From: a virus
Taxonomy: Duplodnaviria; Caudoviricetes
Direction: 5' to 3' (one strand)
DNA: 30,334 bases
Virus record (IMG/VR): IMGVR_UViG_3300033475_000117
Location: 1-30,334 of that record
The position numbers and the translations under genes were made by a program. Shown here in pieces: positions 9,001 to 14,856 of the stretch (position 1 is the stretch's first letter; every line of letters starts with the position of its first letter). Below the pieces are notes generated by a model. The model searched no databases, was not told the origin of the DNA, and saw only the letters and a list, made by a program, of their open reading frames with translations.

Positions 9001-11317
9001 GGAGGAGGTGGATCGCCTTACCCTCGTGCTCCAGTGCACCTGGGCTCACCTTGTTGCCCAGACTGGCGGAGCTTGCGGTGTGACCCCGGAAGAAGCCGGC
9101 GTCCATCGCGCTCTTGATCTCAGAGTTCTGCTCCGCGCGGCTCAGACCCTTGAGTGCTGGCGCCTTGCGTAGGTCATCGATCCAGACGGTCGCGTTCGGC
9201 TTGTCGCCGCGCGCCTGCTGCCAGGCCTGAAAGACCTTGTTATCCTTCGGGATCTTTACTTTGCGAGCAGCCACCTCAGGTGGCTGCTCCAGGTTGCGCA
9301 GTGCGCGGCGGGCCGGCTTGCCGACGCTCTCTTCGTCGAACTTGCGCAGCCGCTCGGCAACGTGCTCAGGAGTCACGCCCTGCAGGTCACCGCGACCGAG
9401 GAACTTCACTAGGTGCCGGTCATTGCGGTCGATCAGTTGCTGCAGCAGCGAGCCCTTGCCCTTGGCGCTCCAGTCGCCCTTCTTCTCGTTCCAGTTGGGC
9501 TTGAGCATCTCGTCAATGGATAGGGCGCGACGGTGGCCCCCGAGCATCTGGTACTGCGCCGGCTTACCGCTACCGGCACCAGTTCCCTCGACCTTCCTCC
9601 AGCCGAGACCGGTGAGCGCTTGCTCCCTGGCCACCTTGCGCTGGACGCCACGCGCCCGAGCCTTGGCGAGCACCTTCTTGCGGGTAGTCCGGGTCAGCTG
9701 CGGAACGTGCTCGCCACGGATAGCGCGCACAGGACCACGAGCGCCACGTGGGTTGATCGGCCGGATACGGGGGAGTCCCAGTTCCTCCCGCTTGTCGTTC
9801 AGAGCCTTGATCTCTGGGTTGTGCTCGATGTTGTGGTTGATCTGACCGATCTGGCCCTCGGTCAGTCCACTGCGGACACCGACCTTTCCGCCGCCGATAC
9901 CGAGCGGAGTCTCGATGCCCTTCTCGTGCGGCGAGACGACGGCCCACAGCGTCTTGCTGCCGTCCGTTTCCGTGGTGACGTTCGTGATGCGGTATGGGGT
10001 GTGCTGGTCGAGCAGGACGCGGTCGCTGCCCTTACCGGGGATGACAGCCCGGGTACCGGCCGGCGCCAGCAGAGAGACACGGATCTGCGGTCCGCCGTGC
10101 CCTTCCTGCTGAAGCTCGGGGGCCGAGTACATCGATCCGATCTTGGTGGACAGAAAGCCGTCGTGCGCCACTCGCCAACCGACCATGCTGTCGACGTTGT
10201 CCATCGACGCCGGGTCCTTGGAGTCGATGCCAAGTTCCTCAGGCCGCAGCATCGTGTTGAGGATGTAGTCCTGCGTCGTTGGGCGCATCGCACGCTGGAC
10301 GTGCACCAGGTCCGGCGAGATCTCCTTCTGGTTGCGCCGAAGGAAGTCGGCCGTCTCTTCCTTCGTCAGGCCCTTGGGAACCACGACGCCATGCGGCAGG
10401 TAGTGCCGCTGGTCGATCTGGTGGTACTCGGAGTTCTTGCCACCCAGGGTCGAGACGCCCGGGTCCTGCGCCGAGTGCTGCATCTGGTCGAAGGCAGCCC
10501 GGCCCTCTGGGCTCGGGTCGTTCATGACCTTCTGCACAGAATCACGCTGTTGCTTCGTCATGCGCCGGCCCCGGCGGCGCCCCTCGGCAGCCAGGTGAGT
10601 CACAGCCGCTTCGGGAGAACTGAATCCCTCAGACAGCTTTCCTTCAGCGGGCTTCTTATCCGTAGCCGGATTGAAGTGCTCCAGGATGCCCTCGACCTGG
10701 CGCTGCGCGCCCTTGGTCATCGACCGGACCTCGCGGGTCATCGGCTGACCGGTGGCCTCGTCGATCACCGGGCTGCCATCCGGGTTCACCACGGCCTGGT
10801 GCACGGTACGCGGCATGTAGCCACGGACATCGACATGTGGCGCGAGCTTCTTGGTCAGGACGACCCGGCCGGCGCGAGTCAGCGGCGCTTCTGGAGCGGA
10901 TTCTCCAGTAACCGAGGCGGCGGCCCGGGTGACGATGCCGCCGGCACCACCACCAGGGCGCATCGCGGCACCGGGGTTTAAGCCGGCAGGACCACGGCCG
11001 CCGATCCCACGAGCCGCCGCGCCGGCACCAGTGGTTCCGATCGAGCGCCCCATCCAACCGCGCTGGGACGAGGCTCCGCCGGTCGGGGCGAATCGGCCAC
11101 CGACCCGGCGGATCTTGCCCTCCATCGCACCGCTGCGCCAGGCAGCGATACGGCGCTCGGTCGCAGAGGCCAGCGCACCGAGACGCTGCTCGGTGCGCGC
11201 GGTCGAATAGACATCACCACGGAGACCACGCTGGACAGCACGGTTACCGGCGGCCAAGCGAAGTCCTTCGCCACCAACGCCTCTTGCCACTCGCAAGATA
11301 CGCCTGAGCTTGGCCAC
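2..11317 (-). CDS. Giant multidomain (polyvalent) protein, >=3772 aa, 3' end outside window: degenerate VIP2-like ART, intact VIP2-like ART, zincin metallopeptidase, multiple wHTH/HeH/SH3-like modules
   Basis: GTG at 11317 with in-frame TAG upstream at 11324-11326 and GAGGGTAGG before the start. The long + strand shadow ORFs (20, 806, 1712, 2018, 2429, 3686, 6092, 7817, 8459, 9533) share one frame exactly antisense to it, and no closed minus ORF is listed in that frame. Hand-translated segments across the span are open and protein-like (e.g. EVWRGM...GFQSTS...NREILL; HEGWH...EAFAE). Confidence 0.9.
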   Translation of the reverse strand, partial: MAKLRRILRVARGVGGEGLRLAAGNRAVQRGLRGDVYSTARTEQRLGALASATERRIAAWRSGAMEGKIRRVGGRFAPTGGASSQRGWMGRSIGTTGAGAAARGIGGRGPAGLNPGAAMRPGGGAGGIVTRAAASVTGESAPEAPLTRAGRVVLTKKLAPHVDVRGYMPRTVHQAVVNPDGSPVIDEATGQPMTREVRSMTKGAQRQVEGILEHFNPATDKKPAEGKLSEGFSSPEAAVTHLAAEGRRRGRRMTKQQRDSVQKVMNDPSPEGRAAFDQMQHSAQDPGVSTLGGKNSEYHQIDQRHYLPHGVVVPKGLTKEETADFLRRNQKEISPDLVHVQRAMRPTTQDYILNTMLRPEELGIDSKDPASMDNVDSMVGWRVAHDGFLSTKIGSMYSAPELQQEGHGGPQIRVSLLAPAGTRAVIPGKGSDRVLLDQHTPYRITNVTTETDGSKTLWAVVSPHEKGIETPLGIGGGKVGVRSGLTEGQIGQINHNIEHNPEIKALNDKREELGLPRIRPINPRGARGPVRAIRGEHVPQLTRTTRKKVLAKARARGVQRKVAREQALTGLGWRKVEGTGAGSGKPAQYQMLGGHRRALSIDEMLKPNWNEKKGDWSAKGKGSLLQQLIDRNDRHLVKFLGRGDLQGVTPEHVAERLRKFDEESVGKPARRALRNLEQPPEVAARKVKIPKDNKVFQAWQQARGDKPNATVWIDDLRKAPALKGLSRAEQNSEIKSAMDAGFFRGHTASSASLGNKVSPGALEHEGKAIHLLRPVTAPPPKGGRKVVVPKGNMGPKGITPSTKEERQARLASVEKLAPVSDEKFATVADKAKKGYHVQYTDENGKNRIGDILSIDPKTHRARVQWRTDPSKRIANDPTEEHVDLTDSKFKLDKEIQRYRDAATGQYAWRVGPTKRGTSGEEAMGARVLTPKERKNAEAEAEKVRASATKETEQEKAIDKELQDQKSARRRLRRQKVLENEFVGGEGREPKNTDTIVDTTPRSRFGKASSTEELLGREGIGNEDKRLRPTRVGEVQGVDKTGRMEVSWRVYDDKGQISKYETEFIPKHSKDPENPGWGDVGRTKDGRAWLRFRFEASADRERRETAAKAAQQSAKDKARMRALSGHEHVENPEFHGPRGASSPEARQAAVDEILGHLTKLGTQDDAEHRKYVQSLIDGVLRRRGAGAVVSRVRDELTGKETKAHIDVMKDSEAGDWVGAPRRAELANKLEKDLQELRRIMGGRGVSRIIGTREQRERKGKEREAHRLALIEAIKKGAQSLLDARTNRESEVAKEAEKISGATGKSREELKRARTAEAITNPEDYARRLREAPPSEWENMLDFMGLAATHPAANGEKVTLTQPYLAVAKHFGYHDTTKTTTLKIRKHIIAALQRERGITGEEKTGTRVVRTPAGAVELKGATPAERRAEILTHIREHGTGEPQTASELGLGKHSMQLTILAREGHLQKHEGTPARYTLAEKAAKPAVKTAVKTTPAPAEPKPAAATRPVKAVGRGARAAVPKPAEAAPAEQPAETKPLEQMLVRDLNARLIALQIPGRTKFKTPDEKRAAIRAEEARLAAGGEPHVPVRGVKKVTSTPAAEEKKIAKAAVKKAAAPAEKPESKASLYRRATTAGIKGRSRMDAEELAAALAEHEKQHGITTTTRPALVSRGRTVAPRSAVARAISAQGTERKGALERAKYIFGEGGPQHIDARAEMHKLRGMSVPKDDAVLQKYLNIVQTRLDHGQEPRQAVRYADRRMKQALEEWRGGLAPAERRAASRVGVRRSPEIEQKIADRVEREALLGQMRRTLQRAQRPALSPATDRKLARQIQRPAAEAFKDLERENNPTIGRRVRSRIQRAVEEARVARAGRVKETKAQAAERALREQTDELQQMRAAGPRAGEPLKAAEQRALSDTQVREMAKAAQLPADKAGLIEHIKANPTKPVTDEELKGMRVAELRRHALGLEQKGQVRVPSTAGTHWTTGSKRFDRALNKAGLDVPEGPLRQAVQATGRDLARGRSPEKAAAALREAPGLSDIERQQARVIADAALPHIGQVIGRRVGVRTGREGRLLSRRVKLIGKGPARREEAQARQAARGDEALAVPKMRTQTIDLNPDAPLHLREMYTRLETPPKGWSKAKIKRVEKALHGYNLEEGPTAPWNVRKNPNHEDVKAIDELLTHSELDKNIEVWRGMKTGKGVFGEDSLKGSLVGKTVDVPGFQSTSADMEPARDLYAKQGLMGREGGLLMQMHVPAGVRALRFGAYEDEDPNREILLERNLRLTVTGDKIVNGVRHLAVDVSRAPEAEAKAPEAKPLVKVARASERVGKLSDNQIKGLHSLEQNPETKLHPSTLRSLRSRGLVDGEGRLTDKGTQHLDHYLPERERTSKLPQEIVGGHQEDQAFLDNLQHHLEQAGATPEAARAAARTVARLHGPQATAARRRIAGLQRTKQGTKRFVRPRREPVRPAETAAAPEMRKAGGFEVSDRQAQILKHVYTYGGKDEKYIKSLMDEEGTPTGGLRNALRGLEHQGLITRSKNGALDIPERHHATVRQLAGIQEPTRSASLRLVKRVGTPAAALRGRTERKMSRTAIRRATASEQLRRATTAEQRDQILNDLNPGKVKRKAPYEQVARELGVSTKKSDSIAAMREKIHAHLAQTPATEEVKPAVKAVEAVEPGATHGPEEKLRVADVKPGDLVRATYHAAVPEKYKNGPGEPGDLVEVAKVRPVRGNPGMKNFFDGDGKLITQAGGRQSDGTMKGRRLLTEAAAPTEEKAAARVAGDLPGEHLGAQRHLFREAGAGHQDEMRTRANEILAGNEKTSVDDAWRQAVTEHVDASRSRVLREIGDGTKSEAELAKLGGTPSVLRDMSNDMLLRRGVLQADGTNGLRLSNKGQALLSGLTPAEEQIQKDVEGGKIPTPHVPQMRYLESLTDKQLAHVAKAYRVPEDRNRSREDTIRALREIGRAQHEQFLAERAAREAGVPTPTRAIVRRAGDMPTRIKDKEWFNGLPEDHQQRLQTEVKALRKETNPATGKPHTSASAWRTVVDREQPKTKTAATVTAQHRHGIPVSHRGTHTPEIRDDHLFGQLTLHRNPANPDRAELTGHIGQYSMPEAYKSLPEGGRGVSFHDVTVHLNARGRPDAALHMSGGTAYRHGDVAYMVEHGGSPADKAAADKWVRDAVERHDQLPDAAKAEIHSYIRTSAASEHEGLISREAVGYVNPRVAALTHYTPIPGAEKTSSIVFYRDGQAFNYDSYVEEALVHYHEGWHPIEFSREVDLSPGGEFARSLEHRPDLARFDGYEFKALPTSQRMKELDQSIHHWDAFGAGRPIPHAGTTYGQSDMGEAFAENGALYTHDVIGNWIPVREGLPPMTAHYRDVFPERAAFFDRLSPETRSTHVGRLNARRERVERAGGVIPPPVRRTPRPTVTRRPALRTQTAPAVVSRDQHGLTEVQARGLESVLRSGKTEGTADELGISGVHAGQLVRGENPVLRAVGKRGGRNVYQLNPEHAAVQAARPTKAAKAAKKVTAPKPAEVTPAPTKATKAVKAAKKAAAAVPEPTPAAETKAAKRAARGPDEGSWSRGLHDAIEAAYLKKTGEAAAPKPAKRTVKAPKGQDLIGAKGLSEDPATRKTQIENRIRQAYADLPEGKAGGVDIADLREHKLLSDVPRSEVDDALKALDKNPDFRLYPVSIRKLLTPRDRAAAVRIGQSNVHSLHYAPGGEGAQGRVPALRPLEKVAAEAPQRELSPKELGKQFRKASVTQQVALRDMWHKQQAPG

Positions 11318-11365
11318 CGGTACCTACCCTCGGGGGTCGCTGTGATGTTGTGGAACTAGTGCTTG

Positions 11366-12940
11366 TTACGCGTTAGCGTCTGCCTCTTCAGCGTCCTGGC
11401 TGAAGTCGACGTCCTCCGCCTGCTCGTCTGGCAGCCGGCGAAGCCGGTTCGGTACGCCCACCATCTGGTAGATGCCGAGCGAGGTGTCAGGACTGTTCTG
11501 CACTGGCCGGTAGTCCGAGAACTGTGCCCGGTCGCCATCGATGGCGCTGAGGCGGTCCATGCGCTTGCTGCGCTGCTTCTTCTCCTGGTCGGCGTCGATA
11601 GCCTTGAGCCGGTCCGCTGGGGACTTCTTCTCGTCGACCGGCGCAGCGCCAGCTTGGATTCCAGTAGGCGGAGCGACGTCGCCATCGATCGCACGGAGGC
11701 GCTCCAGTCGGGCCTGCTTCTCCTCGTCGATCTCGGGTGCAGCACCGGCTACGAGCGTGGTCTCCTCGACCTCTGGCTCCGTCATGAATTCCCCTTCGTC
11801 GTTTTCGAGCACGCCCACGGCCTGAAGGCTGAATGCCCGGCCGCCAGACTCCCGGTAGATCGGGAACCCGGGCGAGTTGACCGCGAGCGCCGCGATCAGT
11901 TCGAGGTTGCCGTTGACCGTGCGCCAGTCGCCGGACACTGCCGAAGCGCGAAGCTCGGCCGTCTTCTCCGGCGTCATGTTCGTGGTCAGCGCGCCGCTGT
12001 ACCAGATACCGAACCGGTCCTCGCCGACTGTCACCACGGCGGCGGTCATCGAGGTGTTGTCGTAAAAGTCCCGCGCCGGCATGACGCCCCACTGGGCGTT
12101 GGCGTGCGCGGAGCCCATCACGAGCTTGCCGACCGGGATGTGCGCTCCGTTGTCCGCGACCACGTTGCCGATCTTGAAGACGCCATAGTCCATGTGCGTC
12201 TTCGGCGCCATCACGCAGGAGTTGCCGATACCGACGTGGCACACCCGCCACAGAGCGAGGTGACCGAAGACGCGGCCGTCCTCGGTGATCGTCATCTTGG
12301 TGGGTGCGGCCAGCCCGGGGTTGGTGAACCAACTGGCCGGCGGCTGAAGTGGTGCTGCCCCGGCGAGAAGGGCCGCTGGGTCCTCACCCGCCAGAACCAC
12401 TGAAGCTTCCCCCGACGACGATTCAGTGATCTCCACTCCATGGTGCTTTGCTGCCGCCTCGATTCGGGCCTTGATTTCCTTCAGCTGTTCCTCGTTGTAC
12501 TTCGCCGCGTTCTTGGGCATGTTGATGTATGCCCAGGCGGCACGGACGTGCTCCGGCGTGTCGATCGGGTAGCGCTTCGTCCCGTCGCGGTAGCCCGGGT
12601 CGGCGTACTTCACATCGCCGTAGGGCTTCGCCTTGGCCGCCTTGCCCGCCATCGCTTCCTCGTCATCGTCATAGGTGACGGACGAGGCGGAGTTATTGGT
12701 GGTCGTGTTCAGCGTGAATGGGGAGCCGGAGGCTGGCCCAAAGTCGAACGTAACCTTGGTCGGGCGCACATCGCTCCCGACAGTCAGGGTTGTTGATGTT
12801 ATGGGCTGCATAACCGCTCCTGGCTCAGGAACTATCCCCTGCGAATTGTGCTCTGAAACATTCTCAAAGCCGGGGACACTACAGCCACATTCTGCCTCAT
12901 CAAGTTCCGAAAAGGAAGCTTGCTGCGATTCGTCAGACAT
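11366..12940 (-). CDS. Phage head-assembly protein (resembles the C-terminal part of actinophage capsid-maturation-protease/MuF fusion proteins) with a DUF6582-like insert
   Basis: Motifs PPASWFTNP, GRVFGHLA, GEDRFGIW, SGDWR and ELIAALAVNSPGFP recalled from actinophage head-maturation proteins; KPYGDVKYADPG...KRYPIDTPEHVRAAWAYIN (about 12430-12630) is DUF6582-like. ATG 12940 with AGAGAGG upstream preferred over TTG 12946. Confidence 0.7.
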   Translation of the reverse strand: MSDESQQASFSELDEAECGCSVPGFENVSEHNSQGIVPEPGAVMQPITSTTLTVGSDVRPTKVTFDFGPASGSPFTLNTTTNNSASSVTYDDDEEAMAGKAAKAKPYGDVKYADPGYRDGTKRYPIDTPEHVRAAWAYINMPKNAAKYNEEQLKEIKARIEAAAKHHGVEITESSSGEASVVLAGEDPAALLAGAAPLQPPASWFTNPGLAAPTKMTITEDGRVFGHLALWRVCHVGIGNSCVMAPKTHMDYGVFKIGNVVADNGAHIPVGKLVMGSAHANAQWGVMPARDFYDNTSMTAAVVTVGEDRFGIWYSGALTTNMTPEKTAELRASAVSGDWRTVNGNLELIAALAVNSPGFPIYRESGGRAFSLQAVGVLENDEGEFMTEPEVEETTLVAGAAPEIDEEKQARLERLRAIDGDVAPPTGIQAGAAPVDEKKSPADRLKAIDADQEKKQRSKRMDRLSAIDGDRAQFSDYRPVQNSPDTSLGIYQMVGVPNRLRRLPDEQAEDVDFSQDAEEADANA

Positions 12941-12955
12941 TGACAATAGCCTCTC

Positions 12956-14128
12956 TTAGCTCAATTCCCCGGCGTTGTTCTCCAGGTGGGCGCGTAAGAA
13001 CCACTGCTGATGTTCGAGCTTTTCCCCGTGACCCAGAAGCATGTTCTGAGAAATCGGATCCATGCCCTGAGTAGCGGTAATTGCACCTCGAATTTCGGTG
13101 GCCAGATTCGTGAATAGCCCATCCAGCATTCGCAGGTGATTCTGCGTGTCGGACTTACCCAGGGTGTAGTCCGCGTAGCCGGCGGGACGGTTGGCCACGA
13201 TGGCTGCGGCGCAGTCCGTGGGCGAGGCACCAAGGGTGGCGACGCGCTCGGCGCAGTCGTCCGCCATCCCTTCAGCCATGTCCGCCCACTCGTCGATGAG
13301 CCGGTGGACGCTGATGAAGTCATCGCCGACCACATTCCAGTGCGCGTGCTTCAGCGCCAGGAAGAAGTCGGTGTGGCAGAACAGCAGCTTCTGCAGGATC
13401 GAGGCAACGGTGGTCGCCCCCTCCAGGCCCATCTGCGCTGGCGCGAACTTCGAGACGCCGGCTGCAGCGCTCGGTCCGAGGATGCTCGGCGCAGGGGCTG
13501 AGGCATCATCCGAGCCCAGGATGACGATCGGCATCGCAGGCGCACCGTCAGCGGCGTCGGGGGCCGGCGGCCCGCCGAGCATGTCGCCGAGCAGTTCCTC
13601 CATACCGAACTCGTTGGCGAATGCCTCCGGGTCGGTGAAGAACTGGCTGAAGTCGACACCGGCCGACGCAAGCAGGCTCTTCTCCTGCTCGTTCGGGTCT
13701 ACCAGGCACATGTGCACCTGGTAGAACGCCGGCATCGGGACGAGGGTCGCACCGATGATGTTGAACTCGGTGAACATCCCGACCTTCTTGTCGGGACGGG
13801 TCGGGTGCGGCATGGCCTGGACGGTGTAGTCCCGGTCCAAGTCGACCGATGGTCCGACGGCCTTCTTCTGCATCATGTACATGGCCTTCGGGACTTCCGG
13901 AACCATTGTGGGATCCAGGAAGTCGCCCTCAGCCCAGTACCCGCCAGGGCCGGGGTAGATCTTGTCCATCATGGCCACCGGAGTGGCTCCGGCGTGACCA
14001 CCGGACTGCGGCTGAGCCATGAGCGGGATAGGAAGTGGCCGGTGGCGACCTGCGCCGGCCTTGAACATGCGGCCGTCCCCGGTCGGAACGTCCGTAGGCG
14101 CGATAAGCCCCTTGAACCTGACACCCAT
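12956..14128 (-). CDS. Capsid maturation protease-like domain fused to a C-terminal Dps (ferritin-like) domain, 390 aa
   Basis: ATG 14128 overlaps the MuF stop (TAATG) with GGAGG upstream. N-terminus FKGLIAP...TGDGRMF...GGHAGA...GPSVDLD is typical of actinophage prohead-protease domains. C-terminus KHAHWNVVG..FISVH..ID...ADDCAERVATLG...QWFLRAHLE matches the Dps signature. Confidence 0.85.
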   Translation of the reverse strand: MGVRFKGLIAPTDVPTGDGRMFKAGAGRHRPLPIPLMAQPQSGGHAGATPVAMMDKIYPGPGGYWAEGDFLDPTMVPEVPKAMYMMQKKAVGPSVDLDRDYTVQAMPHPTRPDKKVGMFTEFNIIGATLVPMPAFYQVHMCLVDPNEQEKSLLASAGVDFSQFFTDPEAFANEFGMEELLGDMLGGPPAPDAADGAPAMPIVILGSDDASAPAPSILGPSAAAGVSKFAPAQMGLEGATTVASILQKLLFCHTDFFLALKHAHWNVVGDDFISVHRLIDEWADMAEGMADDCAERVATLGASPTDCAAAIVANRPAGYADYTLGKSDTQNHLRMLDGLFTNLATEIRGAITATQGMDPISQNMLLGHGEKLEHQQWFLRAHLENNAGELS

Positions 14129-14856
14129 TACGGATTCCCTCCGAGGATTCTCAATTCGCATCGACAATTGCAAACATTGTCGGGCCTGCCCCTGGGGTCA
14201 CAGGGGAAGAGCAATGGTTCTTGGCCAACCAGGAATGGCTGACCCAACGGCTTCGTGTCACCGTTGGCGAGGTGATGCGCCGCGCGTTCTTTTCCATCCA
14301 TGCGCGTGTCCCACCGCTTCTGCAGATCGCGGCGTCCGCCCTTTTCCAGCAGCAGTCCATGCGCTAACATCGATGAGTTGAAATGTCTGTTTACTTCGGT
14401 GGCGGCGATCAGGCGCGCTCGCCCGTCCCAATCCTCGGAGCCGGTGTAGTCGAGGATGTTCTGTACCTTGTCGGCGATCTGCGCCGTGGTCAGCTGGGAG
14501 TTGACACCCTTGATGATCGCGGCTGCGACGAGCGAGTGAACGTCATCGGGAATCCGCATCAGGAGGTTCTTGGTCAGTGCGAGGTTCGCCTGGATATACG
14601 GGTCGTGGGGATCTAGGTCGCCCGGGAGGTTGGCGGCGACCCAGCCTTCCCGGGTGGCCGGGTCCATCGCCCCGAGGATCCGGTCCACCTCGGCCTGCCA
14701 CGCCGGCTTCACCGAGTCGATGGCGCTCGGGTTCGGCTGGTGCTGACCAAGTCGCCAAGGGGCCATCACGACATCACGGGCACGACCGAGCCACCGCTGC
14801 AGTCCGCCCTTGACCGCCCGGTAGATCGACTGCTCCGCGTCGTCGCTAGATGGCAC
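14128..14856 (-). CDS. MuF-like (phage Mu gpF) minor head morphogenesis protein
   Basis: RARLIAATE, KRWDTRMDGKER.AH and FPCDP...NCRC motifs; directly downstream of portal; AAGGAGG upstream of GTG. Confidence 0.9.
   Translation of the reverse strand: MPSSDDAEQSIYRAVKGGLQRWLGRARDVVMAPWRLGQHQPNPSAIDSVKPAWQAEVDRILGAMDPATREGWVAANLPGDLDPHDPYIQANLALTKNLLMRIPDDVHSLVAAAIIKGVNSQLTTAQIADKVQNILDYTGSEDWDGRARLIAATEVNRHFNSSMLAHGLLLEKGGRRDLQKRWDTRMDGKERAAHHLANGDTKPLGQPFLVGQEPLLFPCDPRGRPDNVCNCRCELRILGGNP

Noticed and set aside
20-10981. Long + strand ORFs (e.g. 2429-3634, 3686-5896, 6092-7735, 9533-10981)
   Set aside because: All lie in the single frame antisense to the giant minus-strand ORF and have L/V/G/R-rich shadow composition with no recognisable motifs.
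14129-14173. N-terminal extension of the protease-Dps ORF given in the track
   Set aside because: Overlaps MuF; ATG 14128 has TAATG coupling and a GGAGG RBS.
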